From Escherichia phage VEcB: 64,000 bases of DNA. The stretch lies in the sequence record NC_052663.1; one strand, 5' to 3'. Below, in pieces: positions 56,473 to 64,000 of the stretch; the first letter of the stretch is position 1; each line of letters opens with the position of its first letter. The notes beneath the pieces are model-generated. The model was not told the DNA's origin and made no database searches. It worked only from the letters and a program-made list of their open reading frames with translations. Made by a program: the position numbers and the translations under genes.

Positions 56473-57423
56473 TTAGTCAAGGTTTTTGGTAATACGTGTA
56501 CAACCGTCAGAAGTCAAACCGTCAACTTGAGTTTCCCAAGTGCCATGAATATTTCGGAACAATGTTGTTACACCTTTTGGTTCATTAATAATGATTGCCA
56601 TAACAAGTTTAGGATCGATAACAGACATAATCTTTTCCTCAATACCCTCTGTAATAACATTATTACGCACAATATTAATTACATCTTCTTGTACAGTAAG
56701 AGTGCTTACGTTCTTAAGAGTATATACCTGCTGCGTAGTGTAAATGATACGAACATAGCTTACAGAACGAGTAGGCACAGGTTTACGCGGTCGGCGAAAA
56801 CGTGGTTTTGGTGAAGATTCAGTCTTACTTTCATTTTTTGAATAATACTCCTCAAACAGTTTAGTAAATGTTTTTACATCAACTACAAACCGATCTTTCC
56901 TATATGGAGAATACTTATGTGCACCATTAATTCCACTGTTTTCATCAAAGAAAGTAATATTTTCTTCAGTTGAATATGTTAGATAATGGTCTGCATCTTT
57001 CCAATGTGGTTGTGGACAATGCGGATTACAAACGGAAAGCAGATAACTAATATCTTCTTCCGTTGCACTAGTATCCAGGAAACATGTATTATGCACAGAC
57101 AGTTCTACTTTTTCAACCATATCCTTTTCTTTATCCTCTTTGGCAAGATACTCAGTACGAATAATATCCAGAAAATCTTTAGGTGTTACTTCCATAAATG
57201 TATATTCAGGGTGAAGTTCCATATATTCAAATCCACAACCATCTAATTGCTGTAGGAAGTTAGGATAGAAGAACAAGTCATTAACACTATGAATCAGATC
57301 ATTGATTTCTGCTTCAGATGTGTAACCAAAACTCTTGTGAATTGCTTCATTAAGAATATGCAGGATACCCATCTCTTCTGCTGCTTTTTTAACTTCCAGT
57401 TTATTAGCGTAAAATGCAATCAT
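56473..57423 (-). CDS. hypothetical protein
   Basis: 316 aa ORF. Confidence 0.35.
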   Translation of the reverse strand: MIAFYANKLEVKKAAEEMGILHILNEAIHKSFGYTSEAEINDLIHSVNDLFFYPNFLQQLDGCGFEYMELHPEYTFMEVTPKDFLDIIRTEYLAKEDKEKDMVEKVELSVHNTCFLDTSATEEDISYLLSVCNPHCPQPHWKDADHYLTYSTEENITFFDENSGINGAHKYSPYRKDRFVVDVKTFTKLFEEYYSKNESKTESSPKPRFRRPRKPVPTRSVSYVRIIYTTQQVYTLKNVSTLTVQEDVINIVRNNVITEGIEEKIMSVIDPKLVMAIIINEPKGVTTLFRNIHGTWETQVDGLTSDGCTRITKNLD

Positions 57424-57440
57424 TATGTTCTCCTTCTAAA

Positions 57441-57875
57441 TTAGTTTAAAATTTCTTTGGCAATGGTAGAAGCAAGTTTTCCATCATATTGATTAGGATA
57501 CTCTGCTTTAAGGTGTTTCATCATATCTGGCATTTTCTTGCCTGTCAAGGCAAATTCTTCAGCAATCGCTCGAAGGTCATCTTCAGATAGCATTTCTGGT
57601 AAATATTTTTCCAGAGTGGTGATATCACGCATAGCTCGCTCACATTTGCTAATGGAAGCATTAACTTTCTTAAGTGAGTCTAGCTCCTCTTTAGCGTGTG
57701 CAATACCAATCTTAACAATGTTAATCATAATATCATCTTCTGATTTATTTAGATTTGCCTTTTGAGTACGAGCAAGGTCAAACTCACCAATAATATTAGT
57801 TAACAAAGCAAAAGCACCTTTATCGGTTGTACGTGCTAAGATACGATCTGCTTTCATTTGTGTCACAATAGACAT
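57441..57875 (-). CDS. GatB/YqeY-domain protein
   Basis: 144 aa helical protein whose length and pattern (KYLPEMLSEDDLRAIAEEFALTGKKMPDMMKHLKAEYPNQYDGKLASTIAKEIL) match the YqeY/GatB C-terminal domain family. Confidence 0.45.
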   Translation of the reverse strand: MSIVTQMKADRILARTTDKGAFALLTNIIGEFDLARTQKANLNKSEDDIMINIVKIGIAHAKEELDSLKKVNASISKCERAMRDITTLEKYLPEMLSEDDLRAIAEEFALTGKKMPDMMKHLKAEYPNQYDGKLASTIAKEILN

Positions 57876-57887
57876 TCTATTCTCCTC

Positions 57888-58460
57888 TTATTTGCTAATG
57901 CTTTGAATCTTATTTACAACACGGTTTATTGCCAGTGAAGCCCTAGGCTCCGCAATACCTGTTGCATAGATATAAGGATGACCTTTTGGAGACTCCCTCA
58001 TACCGAATGAACCTAATTCTAAACCATATTCATCCTCTACGTCAACCCCAATATTAGTGGGTACTAAATATGTTTTAACTCCATAGTAAGTAGAGAAGAA
58101 ACAGCGCATAGAGTTAGCATACTCTTCAATTGTAGCATCAGGGTAGAACTCAATCAACTCCAATTTCAAGAAAATATTGAAATGAGTGTCATCTAAATTT
58201 TCTTCTGTACGGTAACATGGTGTTAGTGCCATATAAGGATTACCTGCTGCAAATTCAAAACCATCCTTCTCCATTTGCAGGAAAGATTGTTCTGCACTGG
58301 CTACATAGTATTTACCGTTAGGATGCCCTAATGGGCGATCCTCTTTATTTTCTGGTAGTGTGTACGCCAGTATATCAGCATCCACGAGATATGGAACTTC
58401 CAACATTTGTGCAAACCGACCATAGTAATCAATAGCTTGAGCTATTACTTCAACATTCAT
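57888..58460 (-). CDS. hypothetical protein
   Basis: 190 aa ORF; start coupled to the upstream stop. Confidence 0.35.
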   Translation of the reverse strand: MNVEVIAQAIDYYGRFAQMLEVPYLVDADILAYTLPENKEDRPLGHPNGKYYVASAEQSFLQMEKDGFEFAAGNPYMALTPCYRTEENLDDTHFNIFLKLELIEFYPDATIEEYANSMRCFFSTYYGVKTYLVPTNIGVDVEDEYGLELGSFGMRESPKGHPYIYATGIAEPRASLAINRVVNKIQSISK

Positions 58461-58708
58461 GAGCGACCTCCATTGCGGAATGCACGTTTAGTAATGTTCG
58501 ACATAGTGATCAAATCTTGAAGCGTCATATCAGGAAAATGCTGTTCAAGAACACCTTCAACAGCGCCTACAATATCTGATAACTCAATAAGTTGCATCAG
58601 CTTGCAATCTTGATCAATAGCATCCTGAAGTTCATAAAGCTCTTCCTGAATTTTAGCAATAGAACCATATTCCTCTTTGCTAATCTCCTTCAAATGATAC
58701 CCTGCCAC
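58457..58708 (-). CDS. small all-alpha protein, possibly MazG-like nucleotide pyrophosphohydrolase
   Basis: 83 aa with acidic EE...E...EL.D pattern reminiscent of the MazG/HisE fold; weak. Confidence 0.3.
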   Translation of the reverse strand: MAGYHLKEISKEEYGSIAKIQEELYELQDAIDQDCKLMQLIELSDIVGAVEGVLEQHFPDMTLQDLITMSNITKRAFRNGGRS

Positions 58709-58718
58709 TTTAACCCCC

Positions 58719-61493
58719 TTAGTTTACCAGTTTATTTATATCTGGTAAAAGATTTATTTCACCTAAAAAATCACCTTCACCTTCCTCTAACCAACTCTCA
58801 TATGCTTGTGCATGATTATAGTTACCATCAAAAGAATCTGCAACAAATTTTTCTACAGCTTTTCGAGATGTGCCAGCGCCAAATACACCAAGTTTAATAC
58901 CATTGATCGGTAAAGTGGTGCTTGTTGGTACTTTCTCTGTTGCAACACGGTTGATATCTATAATCTCCTGTACGGTTGTGTTCCATTGTAAGCATTTAAC
59001 ACAACGGGTATGCGCTACATACAGTAGGTTTCGCTCTGCCTCTTCCAGTCCTACCCATTCACCAGTCTTTTTATCATAGTTGGAAGGAAAATCATTAGCA
59101 ACAATAACCTGATCCCACTCCAAACCTTTAGACTTGTGTGCTGTAGTAAGTGTGACTTTTGCTGTAGGAGAATTTCTGTGCGTTCTAAGTGTATGTGCTA
59201 TGGTGTTCGCCTTACCAGAAACTACGATGTTTAACAAGCGTTTAGCATCTGGATCAGCCTCTGCACACTCAACAAATTCATCCCAGTCTGCGTAAGGTAA
59301 TACAGTTTCATGTTTTACTTTCTCAATATCTCCTCTCCGAAGAGCATTAACACTATCTACCATAGAGATAAAATCCCTGGTATCTACGTTAATAATAATT
59401 TCTTCCCCATCTGCAATACGATCCATTGCCTCCATAAGCAAGGTTAAATTCTTGCGAAAGATGATAGTGTAAGGTTTTGTATAGTCTACAACATCTGATT
59501 TGTAGCTACCTACTACAGTATCAAAGCCTTTACCAACCAAAGGATGACGCAAAGGTTCTTTATCGCTTAAAATCATATTGGCAATGTTTGCCACTTTGGG
59601 GCCAAAACGGAAGCAAGCAGTTAATGGAAGCTCTGCCCCATACTTAGCTGTTTCAATCATCATATTAGAGCTACCTCTAAATTGATAAATGCAGTTGTGG
59701 CTAAGAATTTCATTGCCAAAGAAGTTAGCAGTATCCTCTACTTCAATATCATAATAGATACCCTCACTATCTACAATGTCCACAATCTCTTCTGCCGTTA
59801 CAGTATCACCATCTTTTACCAACACAGACATGCCTTTAAACAAACCCGCTGCCGGAATTAAGTTATATTTGGCACTGTTCACAGAGGACATGCATTCTTT
59901 TAAAGATGCAAACGGAACTATTTCAAGGATCTTTTGTGCAAAACTCAATGCTTCACGATAAGAATTGAAATATTTACGTACACGGTAACGACCTTCCAAT
60001 TTAGCAGCACTTACGCTTACACCTGCTTTAATCAGTGAAGAATAGATCGGCATTTCACTTTCTGTCCACTCAAAACTAACTTGTGTTCCTTTACAACCTT
60101 GTGCTCGCAAAGTCACTGTTAGCATTTTTCTTTCATCTACTGCACAATTGATGCTGTGCCAGTGTGGATAAGCAAAATGATAATCTTTATCCTCTAAAAG
60201 TTTAAAACCATTTTGTCCGAATTGTTCAAAGATGTTATTGATCCTTTCTTGATTAATGCCGCGTGAACTTGCTTCAAATACACAAGTAGGAATGCCATAT
60301 TGTAAACTGTATGCCATTTCTTTTTCCATAGCAGCTTCACGGTTTTCAACAATATCCAACACCCATAATTTCTGTGCTTTTTCAGAACGTGTACGTTGCC
60401 CCAGTTTAGAAAAACCTTCTTTATCATCGAATTTGTTAGTGATCCCTACTCGGAAACCTAAATCTTTCCTCCACATTAGGTATACCACCATCTGATCATC
60501 TTTCAGAACATAGGATGAAGCCCAAATACGATGGTTATGTGTCATATCTAAAGTTTTACCTGTGGCAGTAATAATATTCCTACCTTTTGTACGTGTAGAT
60601 AAAGTCTTATTTGTTACTTTTCTAAATGTAATTTTACCATTAGAATAAGACTCTACCTTATCACCGATTTGTAGGTCTTTCATTGTAACCTGACCATTCT
60701 CGGTATTAAGTACCGTGTTTTCCGACACACATTGGAATTCATCGCCCACTACCACAATTTGTTTTGCAGATTTAGCATTTCGCAGAATAGACAAGAATGC
60801 AGGGTTAACATCCTGGAATTCATCACCAAAAATAATGTCATAACCAAGGTCAGCACCTGATAATTCAAACAATTTTACATAGGTGTCATGCGTCATCAAA
60901 GTATCTGTGTTAGGATCGATGCGCTCTCGCCACAATTGTTTTGCATACTTAACCACTTCTGTAATTAGTTTGTGTTCGTTAATACCTTTTCTTTTAATAT
61001 CTGCAAGATGTACACTAGGAAAATGTTTACGGCTGATAAAAGGATCATCCGAAAATTCAAACTTACCTACGGTTTGCTTGATCATTAAACCGATCATAGC
61101 ACGAGTTAAAAGTGTTTTACCTCGTTTATCAATAAGATTATTAATCTTAAATTTCTTTGCTATCTCGCTACCTGTACCTGCAACGTTAACATACTGTCCT
61201 TCTGGTCGTGACAGTTTTGCGCGTAAACGATGATCCAGGAATTGATAGCAAATAGAATGCAATGTACGGCATTCTACATTTAGTGGCATCTTACGTCGTG
61301 CTTCTTCTGCCATGCTTTTATTGAAAGCTAAGTAAAGAATGCGATCTTCTGTACTGTTAGCCAGCAAATAAAGTGTTGACGTTTTGCCTGATCCAGATTT
61401 AGCTTGGATAGTTAAAAAGCGATGGTCTGGAAAAGCCTCCTTAATAGCTGTTTGCTCTTCTGTTGGAGTGAAGCTCAACTCTTTCTTAGCCAT
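58719..61493 (-). CDS. UvrD/Rep-like superfamily 1 DNA helicase interrupted by an intein
   Basis: Start set at ATG 61493 (AGAGAGG RBS). Walker A AKSGSGKT, motif II IIFGDEFQDVN, motif III VVVGDEFQ-[intein]-CIYQFRGS, C-terminal motif VAHTRC. Confidence 0.75.
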   Translation of the reverse strand: MAKKELSFTPTEEQTAIKEAFPDHRFLTIQAKSGSGKTSTLYLLANSTEDRILYLAFNKSMAEEARRKMPLNVECRTLHSICYQFLDHRLRAKLSRPEGQYVNVAGTGSEIAKKFKINNLIDKRGKTLLTRAMIGLMIKQTVGKFEFSDDPFISRKHFPSVHLADIKRKGINEHKLITEVVKYAKQLWRERIDPNTDTLMTHDTYVKLFELSGADLGYDIIFGDEFQDVNPAFLSILRNAKSAKQIVVVGDEFQCVSENTVLNTENGQVTMKDLQIGDKVESYSNGKITFRKVTNKTLSTRTKGRNIITATGKTLDMTHNHRIWASSYVLKDDQMVVYLMWRKDLGFRVGITNKFDDKEGFSKLGQRTRSEKAQKLWVLDIVENREAAMEKEMAYSLQYGIPTCVFEASSRGINQERINNIFEQFGQNGFKLLEDKDYHFAYPHWHSINCAVDERKMLTVTLRAQGCKGTQVSFEWTESEMPIYSSLIKAGVSVSAAKLEGRYRVRKYFNSYREALSFAQKILEIVPFASLKECMSSVNSAKYNLIPAAGLFKGMSVLVKDGDTVTAEEIVDIVDSEGIYYDIEVEDTANFFGNEILSHNCIYQFRGSSNMMIETAKYGAELPLTACFRFGPKVANIANMILSDKEPLRHPLVGKGFDTVVGSYKSDVVDYTKPYTIIFRKNLTLLMEAMDRIADGEEIIINVDTRDFISMVDSVNALRRGDIEKVKHETVLPYADWDEFVECAEADPDAKRLLNIVVSGKANTIAHTLRTHRNSPTAKVTLTTAHKSKGLEWDQVIVANDFPSNYDKKTGEWVGLEEAERNLLYVAHTRCVKCLQWNTTVQEIIDINRVATEKVPTSTTLPINGIKLGVFGAGTSRKAVEKFVADSFDGNYNHAQAYESWLEEGEGDFLGEINLLPDINKLVN
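59694..60731 (-). mobile_element. intein (346 aa) inserted in helicase motif III
   Basis: Begins with Cys (CVSENTVLNTENG), has a block-B TxxH motif (LDMTHNHRIW), ends with SHN followed by extein Cys. Removing it restores GDEFQCIYQFRG; size suggests an embedded endonuclease domain. Confidence 0.7.
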
Positions 61494-61494
61494 T

Positions 61495-61971
61495 TCAACC
61501 TCTCTTAATTTGTTTAACAAGCATAGGAACAAAATCTCGTTTTAAAATTTGTTCAATAATATGATCAGGTAGCTGTTGGAAATTATAATTAAAAGCTACT
61601 GTCTCACCTTTAGGTGTTTCTACCCGCACATATAACATGTTACGAAGTTTATCCACTTGTGCTGTATATTCTAAACCATGTAATTGATGCATTGCAAACA
61701 TCAAATCATCAGTTTCAGTTTGGAATCTATCATTTGCTTGCATTAAGGATAAGGTAAAAGGTAGATTTTCCCTAAGAGCCACCTTCTTAGGAACTAGTGA
61801 AGGAAAATACTCACCAATAACTTCCTGTGTAAGCTGGATACACTCTTTTTCAAGTTGGTTTTGTTCCTTAAGTTCACAAACACTTTTTTGTAAAGTGTTA
61901 ACCTCTTTTTGCAAAGCTGCTAGTTGAGCACTTAACTTTCTTTTTTGATTACGACCAAAACGTTTAGACAT
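61495..61971 (-). CDS. hypothetical coiled-coil protein
   Basis: 158 aa ORF with basic N-terminus and leucine-zipper-like segment. Confidence 0.35.
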   Translation of the reverse strand: MSKRFGRNQKRKLSAQLAALQKEVNTLQKSVCELKEQNQLEKECIQLTQEVIGEYFPSLVPKKVALRENLPFTLSLMQANDRFQTETDDLMFAMHQLHGLEYTAQVDKLRNMLYVRVETPKGETVAFNYNFQQLPDHIIEQILKRDFVPMLVKQIKRG

Positions 61972-61979
61972 ATTTCCCC

Positions 61980-62495
61980 CTAGTAAAACCCTTTAACAAT
62001 CTGTATTAACTCGGCACAACGGTTGACCAACTTTTCCTCATACAATACACGTTGTGGCATATGTTGTATAATATACTCCATTTGCTCATGCCATGTCCAC
62101 TTTTCTTTTTTGTCTGGGATAACATCACTAGCACGAGAATTATCTTTTAATGTTTGTATAATCCAATTGCTTGGAAAGTGCTCTCCACCTTTCTTAAATG
62201 GTTTATAGTGGCCTAGAGTAAATTGAGAATCTCCTGTTAGAGCACCCAATTTATTTAGATGAATAATCAAACTACGAAACACGTAGTATTCATAGATGTT
62301 ATCCACCGTATAGCAAGCATAATATTTCAAGATGCCCTTATCTCGCGGATACTTACCAACATCCAGATTGCACCAGTTGACATTTTCTGGATCATAGTGG
62401 TGTTCCTTAAGCCATATTTCTCTTTCATCAAAGTCTGGATATATTACCGCCCTGCTTACAGAGTCAACAAGTGGAGATTGAGCATCAAAAAACAT
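61980..62495 (-). CDS. hypothetical protein
   Basis: 171 aa ORF. Confidence 0.35.
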   Translation of the reverse strand: MFFDAQSPLVDSVSRAVIYPDFDEREIWLKEHHYDPENVNWCNLDVGKYPRDKGILKYYACYTVDNIYEYYVFRSLIIHLNKLGALTGDSQFTLGHYKPFKKGGEHFPSNWIIQTLKDNSRASDVIPDKKEKWTWHEQMEYIIQHMPQRVLYEEKLVNRCAELIQIVKGFY

Positions 62496-62516
62496 TATAT
62501 TTTCCTTATTGGTTTG

Positions 62517-62882
62517 TTAAACGTTTTCTAAATCTTTTAAGGCATTACCCAACGTTAGAACAATAACATCGTTTGCTGCCTCTTCCCCATTGATATTGGT
62601 GAAATTTGGTGTGACAAAAGTAACCATATAAAACTCGTCTACCTGGAAGACAGCAATAACACCATCCATCTTAACATCTTGACGAAAGGAAAAACCAATC
62701 ATCTTCTCTTGCAAAGGCATATCCCCTTCCTTCATTACCGCTAGGGAGTTTTCAGGAATGTTATATTTATCTGCTCCGATGTAGATGTACGTAATGTTAT
62801 CTTTATCGTGATGATACAGGGTTGCTTTTTCCATATCTAAACCTGACAGATCAAATACGTTAATTTCTTGTGTAGTCTTCAT
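62517..62882 (-). CDS. hypothetical protein
   Basis: Start set at ATG 62882 (GGGAGGA RBS 5 nt upstream); the longer ORF-track start would overlap the upstream gene by 98 nt. Confidence 0.35.
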   Translation of the reverse strand: MKTTQEINVFDLSGLDMEKATLYHHDKDNITYIYIGADKYNIPENSLAVMKEGDMPLQEKMIGFSFRQDVKMDGVIAVFQVDEFYMVTFVTPNFTNINGEEAANDVIVLTLGNALKDLENV

Positions 62883-63246
62883 AAATATCCTCCCAAATCC
62901 AATAATCATCTGTGTAAGTAGGATGCCTTTTATCCCACTCTGTTCTAGCCCAAGCAACCGCTGCTACCAACACATCACCATGACAAGGTTGAGGTGCGCA
63001 GAAGCAAACTAAGTCTTTCCCTTCTAATTCTAACAAATCCTCAAGAGTGATTTTACCACAACGAATTTGTTCCCACAACCACTCTTTATATCTTTGTATA
63101 GTTGATCCTCGTGGTTCATCATCCTTTAACTTAAAAGGATTTGCAAACTTTGAGGCTTTTAACCCCATATGAGGCATAGCTCTGCCAATGTACACTGCAC
63201 CTTCAGGTATTACTTTACCTAAGTGGTAAAAATTTAATACTTTCAT
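62860..63246 (-). CDS. hypothetical protein with DUF4326-like Cys/His motif
   Basis: Contains GKDLVCFCAPQPCHGDVL; start at ATG 63246 is uncertain (weak RBS; ORF-track start is TTG 63270). Confidence 0.35.
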   Translation of the reverse strand: MKVLNFYHLGKVIPEGAVYIGRAMPHMGLKASKFANPFKLKDDEPRGSTIQRYKEWLWEQIRCGKITLEDLLELEGKDLVCFCAPQPCHGDVLVAAVAWARTEWDKRHPTYTDDYWIWEDIYEDYTRN

Positions 63247-63247
63247 A

Positions 63248-63598
63248 TTAACCCAAACACATCTGTGCAATCAAGCCCTGTATAAATTTATTAGCTTCTT
63301 TACTGTCGTAATCAGTCTCTTCTGGATATCCATCTTCATCGTACACAACTGTACCTTCAATATACCCTGCCTCAATTAAGGCGCGGATCATATCAAATTG
63401 CCGGCATGAGTTACCAAATGGACGTTTACCATTAAAACACTCTTCTTCTCTCCATAACGTAGAGAGTAGTTGTCGGAAATATTCCCGTACAGTGACAGTA
63501 CCAAGATCTGAATCCTCAAACATAACATCCAAGGCATCAGGATTGCTTTTCTCTACATAAGGAATATATTTAACACCATTAATAGTTACATCAAGCAT
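63248..63598 (-). CDS. hypothetical protein
   Basis: 116 aa acidic ORF. Confidence 0.3.
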   Translation of the reverse strand: MLDVTINGVKYIPYVEKSNPDALDVMFEDSDLGTVTVREYFRQLLSTLWREEECFNGKRPFGNSCRQFDMIRALIEAGYIEGTVVYDEDGYPEETDYDSKEANKFIQGLIAQMCLG

Positions 63599-63961
63599 TT
63601 ATTTCTCCTTATCATCATATTCTAGGAACATATCTGCACGATATGCTTTACGCTCTTCAAACTTAGCAGGATCTACAACAATAAGCAATACAAGGTTAAC
63701 ATCTAAATACTTTTTAACAAATAGAAATAAATCTTTTCCACAGTTAAAACCTACACCAGTATAGGCATCCCCATATTGATCTACTGATTTAATCTTCTTA
63801 CTAACCGTACATTCTATGCTATTCTTTTCTTCTTGGTATAAGGCTTTTCCACCCCAATATGTAAAGAATTTAGTACCGTCAGCACCAAGTTTAAAACCTT
63901 CTGTTGCATGTCCAGCAAATGAAAGTAAACATAACCAAGTAATCATCAGGTACTTTAGCAT
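63599..63961 (-). CDS. hypothetical secreted protein
   Basis: Start set at ATG 63961; N-terminal signal-peptide-like segment MLKYLMITWLCLLSFAGHA. Confidence 0.3.
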   Translation of the reverse strand: MLKYLMITWLCLLSFAGHATEGFKLGADGTKFFTYWGGKALYQEEKNSIECTVSKKIKSVDQYGDAYTGVGFNCGKDLFLFVKKYLDVNLVLLIVVDPAKFEERKAYRADMFLEYDDKEK

Positions 63962-64000
63962 TTTAACCACCCAATTGCAAATGTTTAGAAAGAACAATAT

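Noticed and set aside
1-64000. CRISPR array or regularly spaced direct repeats
   Set aside because: No run of identical short repeats separated by unique spacers is visible; the only repetitive DNA is codon-level repetition inside the collagen-like fibre gene and the tape measure Gly-rich tract.
1-64000. tRNA or rRNA genes
   Set aside because: Intergenic gaps are mostly under 100 nt and are accounted for by promoters, terminator hairpins or intron ends; no cloverleaf-like sequence was recognised. A tRNAscan-SE run would be needed to exclude small tRNAs definitively.
1-64000. Integrase, transposase or other prophage/temperate markers
   Set aside because: No tyrosine or serine recombinase, repressor or transposase-like ORF was recognised; content is consistent with a virulent phage.

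Overview
This 64 kb window looks like part of a large virulent tailed bacteriophage with a contractile tail and a P2/Mu-like baseplate gene order; promoter, lipobox and RBS features suggest a Gram-negative, enterobacterial-type host. Two convergently transcribed modules meet at a bidirectional terminator near 28.27 kb. Plus strand 1..28256 is the virion tail module: sheath, tube, chaperones, tape measure, baseplate hub/spike/wedge, then at least five fibre or spike proteins (a GC-rich tailspike with a C-terminal chaperone domain, a P2 gpH-like fibre with its assembly chaperone, a pectate-lyase-fold depolymerase, a collagen-like fibre, and a Big_2/SGNH-esterase protein). Minus strand 28292..64000 is an early/replication module: beta-class DNA methyltransferase, SSB-like protein, T7-like family A DNA polymerase and gp4-like primase-helicase, free-standing HNH endonucleases, four clustered glycosyltransferases, a SleB-like wall hydrolase, anaerobic RNR (nrdD split by a putative group I intron, plus nrdG), and a UvrD-like helicase carrying an intein in motif III. 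The most unusual content is a phage-borne Ter-like cluster (TerD, vWA, TelA-like, TerC) embedded with a phosphoribosyltransferase, a HAD phosphatase and a macro-domain protein. All calls rest on reading the translated ORFs and the DNA by eye; no database search or computation was run, so family assignments are motif-level and starts/splice junctions are approximate. No integrase, CRISPR array, tRNA or rRNA gene was recognised.
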